A stretch of DNA of 61,110 nt, counting the filler, from a bacterium (GTDB lineage: Bacteria; JAJRZV01): NCBI GenBank assembly GCA_024275095.1. It is 5 parts of 5 records of this genome, joined end to end, with 100 filler letters (N's around TTAATTAATTAA, not from the genome) between each part and the next. Parts side by side here need not be neighbours in the genome. Positions count along the whole stretch, not along the records: positions 34,666 to 44,743 come from JAJRZV010000031.1; positions 44,844 to 54,453 come from JAJRZV010000035.1; 3 more parts are not named here. One strand, written 5' to 3'. A program made the translations under genes and the position numbers. Numbering within the stretch: position 1 is the first letter of the stretch; each line of letters opens with the position of its first letter. Shown here piece by piece: positions 39,165 through 49,289 of the stretch. Below the pieces are notes generated by a model. The model worked only from the letters and a program-made list of their open reading frames with translations. It was not told the DNA's origin and did not search any database.

Positions 39165-40301
39165 ATGAGGGTAGTTATCACAGGAAGCACTGGATTCTTA
39201 GGCAGTCACATAGTGGACTATTTTGCCCGCGACGGGTTTGAGTGCATTGCCACCGACCGGCCCGGTTCAGATTTTTCAGTAAACGAGCGTGCAGGAGCCA
39301 TAATCAAGCCGCTCGACCTCATCAAAGAAGACCCCACTCCGCTCCTCGAAAACACTGACGTTGTCGTCCATGTCGCAGGTGTGTTTGACCTGAAGGCTCC
39401 CAAAGAGCTCTTATGGGCCGTGAATGTGGAAGGCGCACGGAAAATGGCGGACGCTGCGCTTAACGTTGGAGTGAAAAAATTCATCCACATCTCGTCCACG
39501 GGGGTGTACGGGAAGCCGGCACGCATCCCGTGCCATGAAGAGGACCGGAAAAAACCCCGCAACAATTACGAACTTACAAAATGGGAAGGAGCAAAGGCAG
39601 TGGTTGAATACTACGAGAAAAAAGGGCTCCCGGTGGTGGTGTTCAGACCCACCCTCATCTACGGCCCCCGCAGTCGCTACGGCCACGCCATGGCCATAGG
39701 TGCACTCGCGCTTATCAAAGCGCTGGGAAGAAAACTGGACTACATGCTCAACGGCGGTCCCATGGAGCACAGCGTCCACGTGGAAGACGTGGCACGTGCA
39801 GCACTTTACGCGGCAAAAAACGACTCCATGGTCGGTAACGCCTACAACGTGGCAGATGAAACCCCGGTGCCTCTTGGAGAAATGATGAAAGCCATCATGG
39901 ACGCCCTCGGCGTTGAAGCCAGAAAATCCATCAAGTACATACCATTCCTGTGGAAAATCATGGTTACCCTGGTGTTGATGCTTCCGTCTGCACTTGAACG
40001 ACGCCTGAACCGCGACCTGGAAAAGCTGTGGAGAAAGGTGATGAAAAAACTGGACATGGAATCCCCCTTTATTCCACGCATTGACAAGGGCTGGCTCAAG
40101 TACGTGGGTGTCAGCAACGTGTATTCCAACGAGAAGTTGAAAAAGACAGGCTTCGAATTCAAGTTCCCCGACTATCGCAAAGGCATGGAAGAAACCATTC
40201 GGTGGTATATCAATCACGGGTGGATACCGGACAGGATCATCCCGCGCGAAAAACCATCAAAAGGCCAAGCACAAATAAAAGAAGAGCAAAAAAACGCCTG
40301 A
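39165..40301 (+). CDS. NAD-dependent epimerase/dehydratase (extended SDR, 3beta-HSD-like)
   Basis: TGSTGFLG, HISSTGVYG, YELTK (YxxxK), RPTLIYGP, VHVEDVA. Confidence 0.9.
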   Translation: MRVVITGSTGFLGSHIVDYFARDGFECIATDRPGSDFSVNERAGAIIKPLDLIKEDPTPLLENTDVVVHVAGVFDLKAPKELLWAVNVEGARKMADAALNVGVKKFIHISSTGVYGKPARIPCHEEDRKKPRNNYELTKWEGAKAVVEYYEKKGLPVVVFRPTLIYGPRSRYGHAMAIGALALIKALGRKLDYMLNGGPMEHSVHVEDVARAALYAAKNDSMVGNAYNVADETPVPLGEMMKAIMDALGVEARKSIKYIPFLWKIMVTLVLMLPSALERRLNRDLEKLWRKVMKKLDMESPFIPRIDKGWLKYVGVSNVYSNEKLKKTGFEFKFPDYRKGMEETIRWYINHGWIPDRIIPREKPSKGQAQIKEEQKNA

Positions 40302-41016
40302 GCCACACGGCACGGCTGATAGCAGCGAGGCGTGCTCCAGCTACCGAGAAAAACAGGCTGAAGGCCGCCACAGCAATCCCGGCACGAAAGTCAACCCAGC
40401 CTTTCCAGATATACCCGCCCGTGCCCACCACAGCGTTGATAAACACAATGAAAGAAGATGTCCCGACCGCACTGTGAATGCCCGCGCGGAGAAAAAACAC
40501 CTGAAGGGGCACCGCCACAACACCTCCACCGACCCCGAAGTAACTGGAAATAACCCCTGCTGCAAAACCCACAAGCAGGTTCCTGAACAGCGTATCCGTG
40601 CCACCACCGCCCTCTTCAAACACGCCGGCCCTTCTGGAAAACATGTACACCGCCACGGCAATCTCAAAAAAACCAAAGAGCTTCATCACCACAGAAGCAC
40701 CGGAATGAACATTCAGGTTGACTCCAAGCACAACTCCAGCCAGGCCTCCTGCAGCAATCTGCAGGCCCCTTCGCATGTCCACATTTTTGTGGTAAAGGTG
40801 TGTCACAAAAGCTGCGAAAGAATTTACCACAATCACGAATAATGATGTGGCCACAGCAACGTGACCAAGTATCTCCGATGAATATCTACCCTGCAACACA
40901 AAGTAAAAAAAGGGCACAAGTATAACACCGCCGCCTATTCCAAGATGCCCGGCCAAAAAAGCTGCTGCTCCTCCAGCAGCGCCCCACCACAGATACGTGA
41001 TAAAAAAATTACTCAC
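40237..41016 (-). CDS. TauE/SafE (DUF81) family permease
   Basis: GHLGIGGGVILVP and FGVGGGVVAVP duplicated motifs, AVATS/AVGTS, multiple TMs. Confidence 0.9.
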   Translation of the reverse strand: MSNFFITYLWWGAAGGAAAFLAGHLGIGGGVILVPFFYFVLQGRYSSEILGHVAVATSLFVIVVNSFAAFVTHLYHKNVDMRRGLQIAAGGLAGVVLGVNLNVHSGASVVMKLFGFFEIAVAVYMFSRRAGVFEEGGGGTDTLFRNLLVGFAAGVISSYFGVGGGVVAVPLQVFFLRAGIHSAVGTSSFIVFINAVVGTGGYIWKGWVDFRAGIAVAAFSLFFSVAGARLAAISRAVWLRRFFALLLFVLGLLMVFRAG

Positions 41017-42861
41017 TCACTTCTATGGATACTAAAGTTTCATCCGGCTGTACATTATCGCCGGGATTTACAAATACCTCTTTTACCATACCCCTGACAG
41101 GTGCGCGAATTTCGTTCTCCATCTTCATGGCTTCCACGATGAGCAGCACATCGCCTTTTTCAACCACGTCGCCCACGTTCACATTTACCTTCACCACCGT
41201 CCCCGGCACAAGTGTAACCACGTCTCCGGGACCCTTCGGTCTCGGCCGGCCGAGTTTCCTTTTATCCTCAACGGCAACAATTTCTCCAATTTCCGTGGGG
41301 AGCACCTCTACCAGCGGTTCAATGATCACTTCTTCCACTATTCCATCTATTTTCAGGAAATACGTTCTCCTTCCCGAGGCTCTGGGTGAAACACCGGACA
41401 CCTTCACATGGTATGTGTCACCGTGAACCGTCATGTGAAACTCGCTTGGTGCATACCGAATGTGCGGGACTTCTTCTTCCGCTTCTTCTTCGGGAATCTC
41501 TTCCTCGTGAGGGTGTTCCTTGTAATCCAAGAATTCAAGAAACACGGCGGGAAAAAGCGTGTACGAAAGTACATCCTCAATTGACCTGGCACGGTCTCCC
41601 AGTTCCTTCGTGCTTTTTTCCAGTTCGGGCTCCAGGAGATCCGCCGGCCTCACGTCCACAACATCCTCATCACCGAGAATTTTCCGCCTCAGTTCCTCAT
41701 CGACCGTTCCAGGAGGCCTTCCGTAAAGCCCTTTCAGGTAGTTGCGCGTTTCATTGGTGACCACCCTGTAACGCTCGCCGGTGAGAACATTCAGTGTTGC
41801 CTGAGTACCAACAATCTGGCTGGTGGGAGTCACCAGCGGCGGATATCCGAAGTCACGGCGTACGTTCGGCACCTCGCGAAGAACCTCATTCATCCGGTCC
41901 AGAGCATTCTGTTCCTTCAACTGGTTGGCCAGGTTGGAAATCATACCGCCGGGTATCTGCCACACGAGCACGGAAGGGTTTACAGTGTTGAATTCGCTCT
42001 CGTATTCTTTGTACTTCTTTCTCACCTTTCGAAAATAATGAGCGATTTCCTCAAGTAATTTCAAATCAAGGCCCGTATCATACTCCGTACCTTTCAATGC
42101 AGCCACGATGGTCTCTGTGGGAGGTTGAGATGTACCTGATGCAAATGGCGAAACAGCGGTGTCAAGTATGCGCACTCCACTCTCTACGGCCTTGAGATAA
42201 GTGGCGGTACCCATACCACTCGTTTCATGAGTATGCAGGTGAACAGGAACACGCAGGCGCTCCGTCATCCGACCTATCAGTTCTTCCGCCGCATAAGGTG
42301 AAAGCAATCCTGCCATATCCTTGATGCAGATAATATCCGCTCCCATCTCCACCAGCCGTTCACCCAGTTCCACAAAATACTCCGGGCTGTGTACAGGTGA
42401 AATCGTGTAGCACACAGCGGCTTCGACAATCTTTCCGTGCTTCTTGACGGCGCGTATTGAAGATTCCATATTTCTTATATCGTTGAGAGCATCAAAAATT
42501 CGGAAGATATCAATACCATTTTCCGCAGCCTTTTCCACGAACACCTCTACGACATCGTCTGCATAATGCCTGTAACCAACGAGGTTCTGGCCTCTCAAAA
42601 GCATCTGGAGCTGCGTGTCCTTCACCTTTCCCGGATAGCGCGCAAACGCTCCCAGGGATCCTCCTTCAGGTACCTCAAGCACGAATCAAAAGTGGCTCCT
42701 CCCCAGACCTCCAGAGACCAGTATCCCACCTGATCCAGCTTTTCACAAATAGGGAGCATATCTTCCGTGCGCATGCGGGTGGCAATGAGAGATTGATGAC
42801 CATCTCTTAACACGGTTTCGGTAATAAGCACTTTTTTCCCTTTAAACTTCTCCTTCAGCAT
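41009..42861 (-). CDS. pycB: Pyruvate carboxylase subunit B (carboxyltransferase + biotin carrier), single frameshift near 42627
   Basis: [26 protein letters not shown]; one missing A restores [42 protein letters not shown]. Confidence 0.88.
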
Positions 42862-42880
42862 GCAACTCCTCCTGTAATTT

Positions 42881-44299
42881 TCAAAATCCTTCGTAAGCGG
42901 CAATGGCCGCCGCTATGGCAATAACACGGTGGTAAGGGTCTTCATCGTAATGATAATCGAGAAGTTCTGGATGCTCCTCAATATAACCGACATAGAATTC
43001 TCCTCTCTCAAACGCTTCTGTACTCGCCAGCGCCAGGTGGAAAGGAATGGTCGTTTTCACGCCTTTTATGACGAACTCCTCGAGTGCACGGCGGGCACGC
43101 ATAACCGCATCCTTCCAGGTGCGAGCCCACACGGTCAGCTTGGCGATGAGCGAATCGAAATGCGGAGGGACGATGTAATCCTTGTAAACCGCGCCGTCAA
43201 TGCGCACTCCTGTACCACCCGGCGAATAATAAGCAGTTATACGGCCGGAGCTCGGTGCAAAGTTGCGCTTGGGGTCTTCAGCATTTACACGAAATTCAAT
43301 CGCGTTTCCGTAAATCGAAACATCCCTCTGCTCAAAAGAAATGCGTTCTCCTGAAGCAATGCGAAGCTGCTCCTTTACTATGTCAATACCGGTAATACTT
43401 TCGGTTACAGGGTGCTCTACCTGCAGGCGTGGGTTAACCTCCATGAAATAATACTTCCCGCTGGAATCAACCAGAAACTCCACTGTACCTGCGTTCACAT
43501 AACCAGTGTACCGTGCGATTCCCATGGCTGCTTCAGCCATCTCCTGACGTGTCGGCTCGTCGAGTATCAGTGACGGAGCGATCTCCACGAGCTTCTGGTT
43601 CTTTCTCTGCAGGCTGCAATCGCGTTCAAAAAGATGGCGTATGTTACCGTGTGAATCGGTGATAATCTGCACCTCCACGTGATGTGGACGTTCGATGAAC
43701 TTCTCGATAAACACTTCCCCGCTTCCGAAAAACTTTTCTGCCTGGGACGAAGCACTGGCGAGCTCTGAAGCGAGGTCCTCAGGAGACTCCACCTTCCTGA
43801 TCCCCCGACCTCCACCACCGTAAGAGGCCTTTATCAGCACGGGATAGCCCACCTCCGCCGCCACGGCTTCTGCCTCTTCTGCACTCTGAACAGGCCCTTC
43901 CGAGCCCGGAATAACGGGAACTCCGAGCTTCTTCGCAATGGCCTTCGACCGCTGCTTGTCACCCAAAAGGCGCAGCGTTTCTGGATTGGGACCGACAAAA
44001 ATGAGCCCCTTTTTTCTGCAAAGTTCAGCAAACTCTGCTTTCTCAGATATAAATCCATATCCCGGGTGCACAGCGTCCGCGCCACAACTCACAGCGATGT
44101 GAACAATGACTTCGGGATCAAGGAATGAAGCCACAGGATCACCTTCGAGCAGGTGTGCTTCATCTGCTTTTTTTATGTAAAGTGCTGTGGAATCCACTTC
44201 AGGGTAGATAACCGCTGTCTTGATGCCGAGTTCTTTACAGGCCCTGATAATTCGGCTCGCAACTTCACCCCTGTTGGCTATCAGTACCTTCCTGATCAC
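42881..44299 (-). CDS. pycA: Pyruvate carboxylase subunit A (biotin carboxylase)
   Basis: [30 protein letters not shown]-terminal AIAAAIAAY; directly upstream of pycB. Confidence 0.88.
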   Translation of the reverse strand: MIRKVLIANRGEVASRIIRACKELGIKTAVIYPEVDSTALYIKKADEAHLLEGDPVASFLDPEVIVHIAVSCGADAVHPGYGFISEKAEFAELCRKKGLIFVGPNPETLRLLGDKQRSKAIAKKLGVPVIPGSEGPVQSAEEAEAVAAEVGYPVLIKASYGGGGRGIRKVESPEDLASELASASSQAEKFFGSGEVFIEKFIERPHHVEVQIITDSHGNIRHLFERDCSLQRKNQKLVEIAPSLILDEPTRQEMAEAAMGIARYTGYVNAGTVEFLVDSSGKYYFMEVNPRLQVEHPVTESITGIDIVKEQLRIASGERISFEQRDVSIYGNAIEFRVNAEDPKRNFAPSSGRITAYYSPGGTGVRIDGAVYKDYIVPPHFDSLIAKLTVWARTWKDAVMRARRALEEFVIKGVKTTIPFHLALASTEAFERGEFYVGYIEEHPELLDYHYDEDPYHRVIAIAAAIAAYEGF

Positions 44300-44497
44300 G
44301 GAATCTCTCCTTAACTGAATGGTAATTCAACTAAGTATACCGAATAAGCAGCCCGGCGGGCAAGTATTACGGGTCAAACATGTCCAGGCTGGAGTTGCTT
44401 TTGTTCGCCTTCCTCTTCCCTGGTAAATGGTAACACACAACCTCAGTATCCACTGCGTTCTTCTTCAACATGCACGGGTAATCCCCTTGGTTCTGGT

Positions 44498-44526
44498 TTG
44501 ACATCATCTGTATCCACATATAACAT
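44498..44526 (+). promoter_or_regulatory. Sigma70-type promoter, probably giving a leaderless transcript
   Basis: TTGACA-17 nt-TAACAT with ATG only 8 nt downstream and no SD. Confidence 0.5.
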
Positions 44527-44534
44527 GTTGATAA

Positions 44535-44743
44535 ATGAAGAAAATTCTGCTCAGGTTTCTAATTCTTTTTTTCCTGTCACCCGGAGGGTGCGGTAAAAGC
44601 ACTTTTTATTTTCCAGATGGTTTCATGTGGGGTGCGGGTTCCTCTGCCTACCAGACTGAGGGCAACAATTTCAACTGTGACTGGTACGTGTGGGAAAGAA
44701 AAAGCCCGTTCTTCATAGAGGTGCCTGCTGGAAAAGCAACAAA
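44535..44743 (+). CDS. Glycoside hydrolase family 1 protein with signal/lipoprotein peptide (3' truncated)
   Basis: FPDGFMWGAGSSAYQTEG GH1 N-terminal signature. Confidence 0.85.
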
Positions 44744-44843
44744 NNNNNNNNNNNNNNNNNNNNNNNNNNNNNNNNNNNNNNNNNNNNTTAATTAATTAAN
44801 NNNNNNNNNNNNNNNNNNNNNNNNNNNNNNNNNNNNNNNNNNN
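44744..44843. other. Artificial contig spacer
   Basis: N-run with TTAATTAATTAA. Confidence 0.99.
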
Positions 44844-45029
44844 CGCATCTGCGGCACCCTCAAGATGAGAGTACCTCAAGAGATTGGAAGAAGTCTTGCT
44901 CACCTGTACCGCCATCGAAGAAAACAGCACCGCAAGAATGAAAATAAGAGCAATTGTCACCATGGCTTCCGTAAGGGTAAAACCCTTCTGAAAATGGATA
45001 TTTTTATTATTCAACAACACCTTCTTCAT
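44844..45029 (-). CDS. Prepilin-type (minor pilin) protein, 3' truncated
   Basis: QKG/FTLTEAMVTI class III signal. Confidence 0.85.
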
Positions 45030-45571
45030 CGTATGATCAACCTCCCCGTGTAAGGATACAAAACAATGTGATACTCAGAATTTTGATTTGAAAGTTCTAT
45101 ATCAACACTGCCCACATCCTGTGGATATAACCCATCAACTATGGCCTGCCCATTGGAGATAAAAATGATTGTATGCGGTGGGCTCGTCGTTGAAGAAGTA
45201 TTGTTTATCTGAAAATCAGTTAACACGAGAGGAGTAAATTCATATTCATTTATCTGCTCAAAATTAGCCGTGTTTAACCCCGTTATCGGATCATACCCTG
45301 CTCCAGGCGTTAGCTCCCGAAGTACAGTAACCCGATCCGTGTAGATCTCAACCACAAACGTCCTCGTCTGCCCCATCGCTTTCGCTCTGGAACTGAGAAT
45401 AAGCCCAAAAACATTGTTTGCTTTTTGATCAGCACGCGTGCGCGCCACCATCGTGTTAAAGGAAAACCCGGCAATCGTCGCTATTGCCACCACCACCGCT
45501 ATTACTACCATAAGCTCTACAAGCGTAAACCCTTTTGCCCCGTTGTGTATAACTTTCTCTTTTATCAGCAT
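45026..45571 (-). CDS. Minor pilin/pseudopilin (FimT/GspH-like)
   Basis: KG/FTLVELMVVIA, ..R.KA motif, C-terminal TGR. Confidence 0.88.
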   Translation of the reverse strand: MLIKEKVIHNGAKGFTLVELMVVIAVVVAIATIAGFSFNTMVARTRADQKANNVFGLILSSRAKAMGQTRTFVVEIYTDRVTVLRELTPGAGYDPITGLNTANFEQINEYEFTPLVLTDFQINNTSSTTSPPHTIIFISNGQAIVDGLYPQDVGSVDIELSNQNSEYHIVLYPYTGRLIIR

Positions 45572-45819
45572 TTTTGCCTCCCCTTGGTATAGTTAGCAAT
45601 TTCCATTCCACTGGTAGTAACCAAAAAGTTCTCATTTTTCAAGAGATTACAAGACGGACCTGTGGCTTCACTCACACTATCTGACACAAACTTGCTCATT
45701 TTTCTCTTTATTGTGCAACTTTTTCATAGAAAAGTAAATACGCGAAAGAAAAAGAAAAATAGATTTTGTAATCCTAAAAAGAATCTCTGAAAAGTTGTCC
45801 GAAAGGACGCGCCTAATGT

Positions 45820-46299
45820 TCAGACTTTCAGCTCAAAATAGAGAATGTCACCGAGTTCACCGGATCTTTCAGCCGGAGGCTTCAGCACGGCTTTCACTTC
45901 GGCGCCCGTTAAAGATTCTTTTGAAAAATCCTTCGCAACGATTTTGTGAATTATGCCTCCGTCGGTATTGTAGATATTGATAAACCCAATGAGCTCGGGT
46001 TTCTCTAACAGCGAACCGCGACTGTCGCGGGTTACTTCTGTCCAGGTAACCACCCTTCCCTCTGGTTGCACTTCTACGAATTCCTCCACGTCTTCCATGC
46101 ATACCTCACAGTAAATACGAGGTGGCAAATATACCTTTCCACATTGTCTGCACCTTACTGCCACAAAAACACCTTTCTCTTTCAAAGCCGTGAAAAACTT
46201 CTCTCCTGCAGGACCTACAGTGTAGGAGAAGTAAATGGGAATGTCCCCTTCCCATGCATGTGCCTTCTTGTTTACATGGACTTTACGCCAGATGCTCAT
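45820..46299 (-). CDS. DUF35 Zn-ribbon/OB-fold protein
   Basis: CRQC..VYLPPRIYCEVC; start MSIWRK with SD GGAGG. Confidence 0.9.
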   Translation of the reverse strand: MSIWRKVHVNKKAHAWEGDIPIYFSYTVGPAGEKFFTALKEKGVFVAVRCRQCGKVYLPPRIYCEVCMEDVEEFVEVQPEGRVVTWTEVTRDSRGSLLEKPELIGFINIYNTDGGIIHKIVAKDFSKESLTGAEVKAVLKPPAERSGELGDILYFELKV

Positions 46300-46300
46300 T

Positions 46301-46804
46301 TCACTCCTCCAGTGGTTTGAAATAAAGAATATCGGTGATGGCACCGGTTCTTTCCTTTTCGGGTTTCCATACCGCTTTGACCTTCATTCCAATCTTTACA
46401 TTCTTTGGATCATCCACTTCACCAAGTTTGTGAAGTATTCCCACTCCAGGGGAAGCCCCGTCTATCTCAATGACAGCAGGAATTTCTGGCTCTTCGAGAC
46501 GTTTTACGTCCATGGATACGTAGGAAATACTGAACGTGTTCACTGTGCCTGTATCTTTGAGTTCCAACCATTCATCTATGGGGACAAAACAAAGTTCGCA
46601 AAAAGCTCTCGGTGGGACCAGAATACGCCTGCAACGCCTGCACCTGACTCCCAGGATCTTCCCCTGTTTGAGCCCTTCCAGAAATTTACCTACAGCATAT
46701 CCCGCATCCCATGCGTATCTGGCTTCAGGGTGATATTCAACTTTGAGGGCCTTTTCGAATTCGTCTCTTTTTAAATCCCTGCCTCTGATGACCTTCGGTT
46801 CCAT
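46301..46804 (-). CDS. DUF35 Zn-ribbon/OB-fold protein
   Basis: CRRC..ILVPPRAFCELC, GMKVKAVW, RTGAITDILYF. Confidence 0.92.
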   Translation of the reverse strand: MEPKVIRGRDLKRDEFEKALKVEYHPEARYAWDAGYAVGKFLEGLKQGKILGVRCRRCRRILVPPRAFCELCFVPIDEWLELKDTGTVNTFSISYVSMDVKRLEEPEIPAVIEIDGASPGVGILHKLGEVDDPKNVKIGMKVKAVWKPEKERTGAITDILYFKPLEE

Positions 46805-46816
46805 GGTCTCCTCCTC

Positions 46817-47992
46817 TTAATTGACACTGAGAATAACGACAGTACCCACCTGCATGAGGTCTCCCCATGCCTGGGCAAGCCCTGTTTTGGGATTATTCTT
46901 GACCTGACGTTTCCCAGCTTCACCACGGAGTTGCCAGAAAATTTCACATACCTTCATCAATCCAGCAGCAGCAATAGGATTCCCAACGCCCAGGAGACCA
47001 CCTGATGGACATGAAGGCAGTTCCCCATCACGATCGAATACACCTTTTTTCAAAAGTTCAGGGGCTTTCCCCCTGTCTGCGAGCAAAAGACCTTCAAGAT
47101 GATGAAGTTCCTTGTACGCAAAGGGGTCGTATGGTTCAACCACGTGAATTTCTTTTCTCGGGTTGGTGATTCCGGCCATTTCGTATGCCATCCGAGCAGC
47201 CTTTTCAACGTAGTCAGGGTAATAGAGGTCCCGGTTGGTCCAGAAGGCAGTATCAAGATTCCAGCCCACACCCTTAATCCATACAGGCTGTTCGGATACC
47301 CTTCGGGCGATATCGTCCCTGGCGATTACTATAGCTGCAGCAGCATCTGATGTAGGCGAAACCATCAGGCGGTGTACGGGCCAGGCCATGATTTCTGATT
47401 CAAGCACTTCTTTGACGGTTACTTCCGCGCCCACCTGAGTACACGGATGATCAAGGCCGTTTCGCTTGTTTTTTACGCTGACAAGAGCAATGTCTTCAAG
47501 TGGTATTTTGTGTACGCTCATGTACCGGTTCATCTCAAGGGCGAAAATCCACAAAAGGTTAACGCCGAGGGGACGTTCCAGAGTATGGTCATAAATAGAG
47601 TTAAACGCAGCCTGTGGATGTGGCTGAGCGCTCGACATTTTCTCTTCTGCAACGACCAGACACGTTTTGAACATTCCCGAGGCTACCATATACCATCCGT
47701 GAATGATGGCAAAAACACCGGAACCACCACCCACGTAAGAGCGCATGTAAGGTTTACGAAATGCTCCTGCGCCGTCGGCGAGATATTCCCCTTTCATGTG
47801 TACACCGTCAAAAGCATCCGGCGCTGTGGCCATAACCACGCACTCTACGTCTTCGATGGTAAGACCTGAATTTTTGAGCGCTTCCTTAACTGCGTAGAAA
47901 CTCAGTTCCCTTCCTGTTTCCTCGGCACGACGCATCACATTGCTCATTCCTGCGCCTACCACGGCAACCTTATGTTTAATATTCAGCCCCAT
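46817..47992 (-). CDS. Thiolase-like protein (SCP-x/Ltp type)
   Basis: VVAEEKMS, VKNKRNG..HP, SPTSDAAAA, EPYDPF, PSGGLLGVGNPIAAAG; no catalytic Cys (VGGGSG). Confidence 0.9.
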   Translation of the reverse strand: MGLNIKHKVAVVGAGMSNVMRRAEETGRELSFYAVKEALKNSGLTIEDVECVVMATAPDAFDGVHMKGEYLADGAGAFRKPYMRSYVGGGSGVFAIIHGWYMVASGMFKTCLVVAEEKMSSAQPHPQAAFNSIYDHTLERPLGVNLLWIFALEMNRYMSVHKIPLEDIALVSVKNKRNGLDHPCTQVGAEVTVKEVLESEIMAWPVHRLMVSPTSDAAAAIVIARDDIARRVSEQPVWIKGVGWNLDTAFWTNRDLYYPDYVEKAARMAYEMAGITNPRKEIHVVEPYDPFAYKELHHLEGLLLADRGKAPELLKKGVFDRDGELPSCPSGGLLGVGNPIAAAGLMKVCEIFWQLRGEAGKRQVKNNPKTGLAQAWGDLMQVGTVVILSVN

Positions 47993-48004
47993 GATTCTCC
48001 CTCC

Positions 48005-49156
48005 TTAATCCCGTGAAAGAATGCAGGTAGCGCCACTCCGCGTGGGGAGACCGCGCCACGACTGAATAATACACCTGTAAGGATCCGAAAGTTGCATACG
48101 CCCTGCCCTGCCCAGCAACTGATCCGCTGCAAAAGCCAGCTGATACAAAGCCGTTGCTTCCTCCATCATACCAATACCCATGTGAGCGCCGGAGAGATTC
48201 ACCGGCAGGGTACCTTCCTTGGAAAAGAAACCGTCCCGAAGCAGTTGTGCAGGATTGCGCCCATCAGTTAACGCGCACGCTTCAATGTGTTGAAGCATTT
48301 TATATGCATAACGTGAATCTACTTCTGCGAAAGAGATTTCCTTAGATGGACATGATATACCGGCCATTTCATATGCTTTCCTGGCAGAAAGTTCAGCATA
48401 GGTGGCCCTTTCCCACACCCAGGTATCAAAAGAGGGTTCAGATGTGTAAAAACCCATCCCTTCTATCCATACAGCCTGGTTCTTTTTTTGCGACCGGATG
48501 ACATCTTCACTGGCAAGAACCACAACGACCGCTCCATCCGCCGGCTGAGCCACCATCCCTTCGGTAAGGGGTTCCGCCACGACCTCCGTGAGCAATACGT
48601 CATCCGGAGAAAATTTGCCAGGGTATGCAGCAAGAGGATTCCAGATCGCATTGGTTCGCTGATGTGTAGCTGCCCGGGCTACACTTTCCGCGTCAATACC
48701 GGAAGCCTCCATGTATGCTCTCATCTCCAACCCTGCGAGAAATCTCGGATCCACTCCTGTGTGTCGCAGGTAAACCGGATCAAGGGCCAGCTCCAGAATT
48801 TTTAGATGATTGAGTACATTGGAGGCTTTACTATGAGCTTCAACCACACCAATGCGGAACATGCCGGTCATAATCTGCATGGCAACAGAAATTACTCCAT
48901 AAAGCCCGTCTCCTGATATGGTGTGTACAGGCTTGAGCACCGCCCCCAGCTGATCCGGTACATACTCATCGAAAATGCTCACTCCTTCGTTGAAGTCCTC
49001 GGATACAGACACAAAGGTGTCCACATCAAAGGGCTCTATACCCGCATCTTCGTATGCCTTAACAGCTGCTTCAAAGATAAGTTCTCTGTAGGAAACATCG
49101 CTGCTGAGGGCTCTCGCAGGTACGATTCCGATTCCAAGAATGCCGACCTTGCTCAT
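48005..49156 (-). CDS. Thiolase-like protein (degenerate partner subunit)
   Basis: NAIWNPLA, DGAVVVVL, KAYEMAGI, LPVNLSG, QLLGRAG; catalytic residues absent. Confidence 0.85.
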   Translation of the reverse strand: MSKVGILGIGIVPARALSSDVSYRELIFEAAVKAYEDAGIEPFDVDTFVSVSEDFNEGVSIFDEYVPDQLGAVLKPVHTISGDGLYGVISVAMQIMTGMFRIGVVEAHSKASNVLNHLKILELALDPVYLRHTGVDPRFLAGLEMRAYMEASGIDAESVARAATHQRTNAIWNPLAAYPGKFSPDDVLLTEVVAEPLTEGMVAQPADGAVVVVLASEDVIRSQKKNQAVWIEGMGFYTSEPSFDTWVWERATYAELSARKAYEMAGISCPSKEISFAEVDSRYAYKMLQHIEACALTDGRNPAQLLRDGFFSKEGTLPVNLSGAHMGIGMMEEATALYQLAFAADQLLGRAGRMQLSDPYRCIIQSWRGLPTRSGATCILSRD

Positions 49157-49289
49157 GATCCCTCCTCTATTTAATTATTACCATCTTTATTACCGCGCAA
49201 CGTGTTCTGATTCAGGTTCTTTTATTTATGTAAACTTCCACCCCTTGCGTCAATAAAAATCATCCTGTAGCAGACCGGTATTGCCGGTG

